The notes beneath the pieces were generated by a model, which did not search any database, was not told where the DNA came from, and worked only from the letters and a program-made list of their open reading frames with translations. Below are positions 26,157 to 27,783 of a stretch of DNA of 27,783 bases, piece by piece (position 1 is the stretch's first letter; every line of letters starts with the position of its first letter). The translations under genes and the position numbers were made by a program. Source of the DNA: a candidate division WOR-3 bacterium (GTDB taxonomy: Bacteria; Hydrothermota; UBA3072; WFRC01); NCBI GenBank assembly GCA_015486685.1, contig WFRC01000349.1, positions 1-27,783 of the forward strand, in the 5' to 3' direction.

Positions 26157-26798
26157 ATGTTTAATCAACAGAAAACAAGGATTATATTGGTTATTGCTGT
26201 AATGTTAATTGTTGCAGGTTTTGTAGGATGCAGTAAGAAAAAAGCATCTTCTAAGAATAGGCCCGCTTCTCCAAAAATGCAGCAACAGACAGCAAGTAAG
26301 TCTGTAGAAAAACCAGTAGCACCTGAGAAGAATCCAATAGGTGATATACCTGATAATCAGGCATTTGTTAAGTATACTTCTTTACAGGGAGGTTATGAAC
26401 TTGTTGCACCCGAAGGTTGGGCACGGACAACAAATGGTATGAATGTTACTTTTATAGATAAACTTGATGGGGTCTCTGTTAGCATTACAAGTTCAGCAAC
26501 AGCACCTAATATAAGAAGTATTCGCACCAATCAGGCGGAAAAACTCAAAAAAACAGGGCGGGCAGTAGTTATTAAGGGTATTAAGGATGTTAAACTTAAA
26601 GGTGGAACTGCAATTCTTATGATGTATGAATCCAATTCAGAACCGAACCCGGTAACCAACAAGCAGGTGCGTCTTGAAAATAATACCTATTTCTACTATA
26701 AAAGCGGAAAGATTGCAGAATTAAGATTGTGGGCGCCTGTGGGTGCAGATAATGTTGATCAGTGGAATAAAATCTCAAATAGTTTCAGGTGGAAATAA
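26157..26798 (+). CDS. Putative lipoprotein (possibly PsbP/DcrB-like fold)
   Basis: SD AAGGAGGT, lipobox-like FVGC after a hydrophobic segment, low-complexity linker, NP.GDIPDNQAFV and PEGWAR motifs. The fold assignment is a guess. Confidence 0.7.
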   Translation: MFNQQKTRIILVIAVMLIVAGFVGCSKKKASSKNRPASPKMQQQTASKSVEKPVAPEKNPIGDIPDNQAFVKYTSLQGGYELVAPEGWARTTNGMNVTFIDKLDGVSVSITSSATAPNIRSIRTNQAEKLKKTGRAVVIKGIKDVKLKGGTAILMMYESNSEPNPVTNKQVRLENNTYFYYKSGKIAELRLWAPVGADNVDQWNKISNSFRWK

Positions 26799-26799
26799 A

Positions 26800-27465
26800 A
26801 TGAGAATAGTAGAGGCTTTTGATATTTATCGTTTTTATCATGTTGAAGAAGAAGAGACCCTTGCCCTCCGCGGAGTTAGTCTCTCTGTAGAATCAGAAGA
26901 GATTGTGGCAGTGCAGGGACCCTCCGGTAGTGGTAAAACTACACTTTTATCCTGTCTTTCCGGATTGGATGAACCTGATGGTGGTTATGTAACGATTATG
27001 GGAAAACATATTACAAGAAAACCTGAGGTAGAACGAGCCAAAATACGCGCACAAATGGTAGGCATTATGCTTCAATCGGGAAATCTTTTCGGGCATCTTT
27101 CAGTAGAAGATAATATAAAATTGCAGATGCACCTATCAGGGAAAATTGATACTGTTTGGTTAGATAAACTGATTGAGGAAGTTGGATTGACAGAACGCAG
27201 GTATGCATTCCCTATGCATTTATCCGGAGGAGAATCAGCCCGGGCGGGTCTTGCAGTTGCAATGGCTGCCAAGCCAGTATTACTTCTTGCAGATGAACCC
27301 ACAGGTGAAGTTGATTTTAATACAGAAAAGCAGATTCTTAGTTTGCTGGATGAATATAGAAAAAAGGGTAATGCAGTGCTGATTGTTACGCATAGTAATG
27401 CAGTAGCAAATTTCGCCAACCGCATTATACATCTATTTGATGGGAGGATTGTAAATAATGAATAA
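26800..27465 (+). CDS. ABC transporter ATP-binding protein (LolD/MacB-like)
   Basis: GPSGSGKTT, LSGGESARA, LLADEPTGEVD, VTH. Start moved to ATG 26800, directly after the lipoprotein stop. Confidence 0.9.
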   Translation: MRIVEAFDIYRFYHVEEEETLALRGVSLSVESEEIVAVQGPSGSGKTTLLSCLSGLDEPDGGYVTIMGKHITRKPEVERAKIRAQMVGIMLQSGNLFGHLSVEDNIKLQMHLSGKIDTVWLDKLIEEVGLTERRYAFPMHLSGGESARAGLAVAMAAKPVLLLADEPTGEVDFNTEKQILSLLDEYRKKGNAVLIVTHSNAVANFANRIIHLFDGRIVNNE

Positions 27466-27783
27466 TATATATGTCAGAATGCAAAAAGTGGGTCGCACAT
27501 ATTTGCAGGGGGAAATAGCAGTTAGAGCATTAACATCAGTTACCTGCAAAGTTGTTTCGGGTGACCGTATTGCAGTTGTTGGACCCTCTGGTAGTGGAAA
27601 ATCCACCCTACTGCACATTATGGGGGGAATTGATAATCCGGGGAAAGGAAGTATCACCTGGCCTGCCTTAGGTAAAAAAGAAAATCTCCGTCCCCGAAAG
27701 ATAGGATATGTTTTTCAAACTGTTAGTTTGGTTGCATCCTTAACTGCACTTGAGAATGTTGAACTACCTCTTTTGCTTATGGG
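27458..27783 (+). CDS. Second ABC transporter ATP-binding protein, truncated by the window end
   Basis: Not in the ORF track. My translation is MNNIYVRMQKV...GPSGSGKSTLLHIMGG...IGYVFQ...TALENVELPLL. GGGAGG SD at 27442-27447; 8-nt overlap with the upstream gene. Confidence 0.88.
   Translation, partial: MNNIYVRMQKVGRTYLQGEIAVRALTSVTCKVVSGDRIAVVGPSGSGKSTLLHIMGGIDNPGKGSITWPALGKKENLRPRKIGYVFQTVSLVASLTALENVELPLLLM

Noticed and set aside
92-27657. The many short minus-strand and alternate-frame ORFs inside long genes
   Set aside because: They are shadows of well-supported + strand genes and show no family motifs or translation signals.

Overview
AT-rich chromosomal window with every supported gene on the + strand. 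The Lol-type ABC transporter and a T9SS/FlgD-like C-terminal domain suggest a diderm bacterium, possibly FCB/WOR-3-like (inference). Order: (1) 5'-truncated ThrRS-N-like/uridine kinase fusion, Mth938-like protein and M19 dipeptidase; (2) a tandem pair of [TPR protein + short ExeA-like AAA ATPase] modules, the larger TPR resembling Myxococcus SgmX; (3) tadA, tRNA-Ser(CGA), an M6 metalloprotease with FG-GAP repeats, and a putative envelope protein; (4) a fully overlapping lysS-lolE/C-lolD-mcsA-mcsB-clpC run without ctsR; (5) ROK kinase; (6) OmpR/CusR-like two-component pair; (7) PepSY protein, lipoprotein and two ABC ATPases, the last truncated. The long intergenic gaps are mosaics of shuffled short palindromes (GTCA/CGTC-type and GTAG-type REP-like) and 6-9-nt degenerate tandem repeats, with no transposase, integrase or CRISPR in the window. 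Best leads: a 32-bp inverted repeat enclosing the PepSY gene, the duplicated SgmX-like/ATPase module with a shared C-terminal tail, an orphan promoter driving a long hairpin, and a ROK gene whose start, RBS and stop appear to come from repeats. All alignments and counts were made by eye and no database searches were run.
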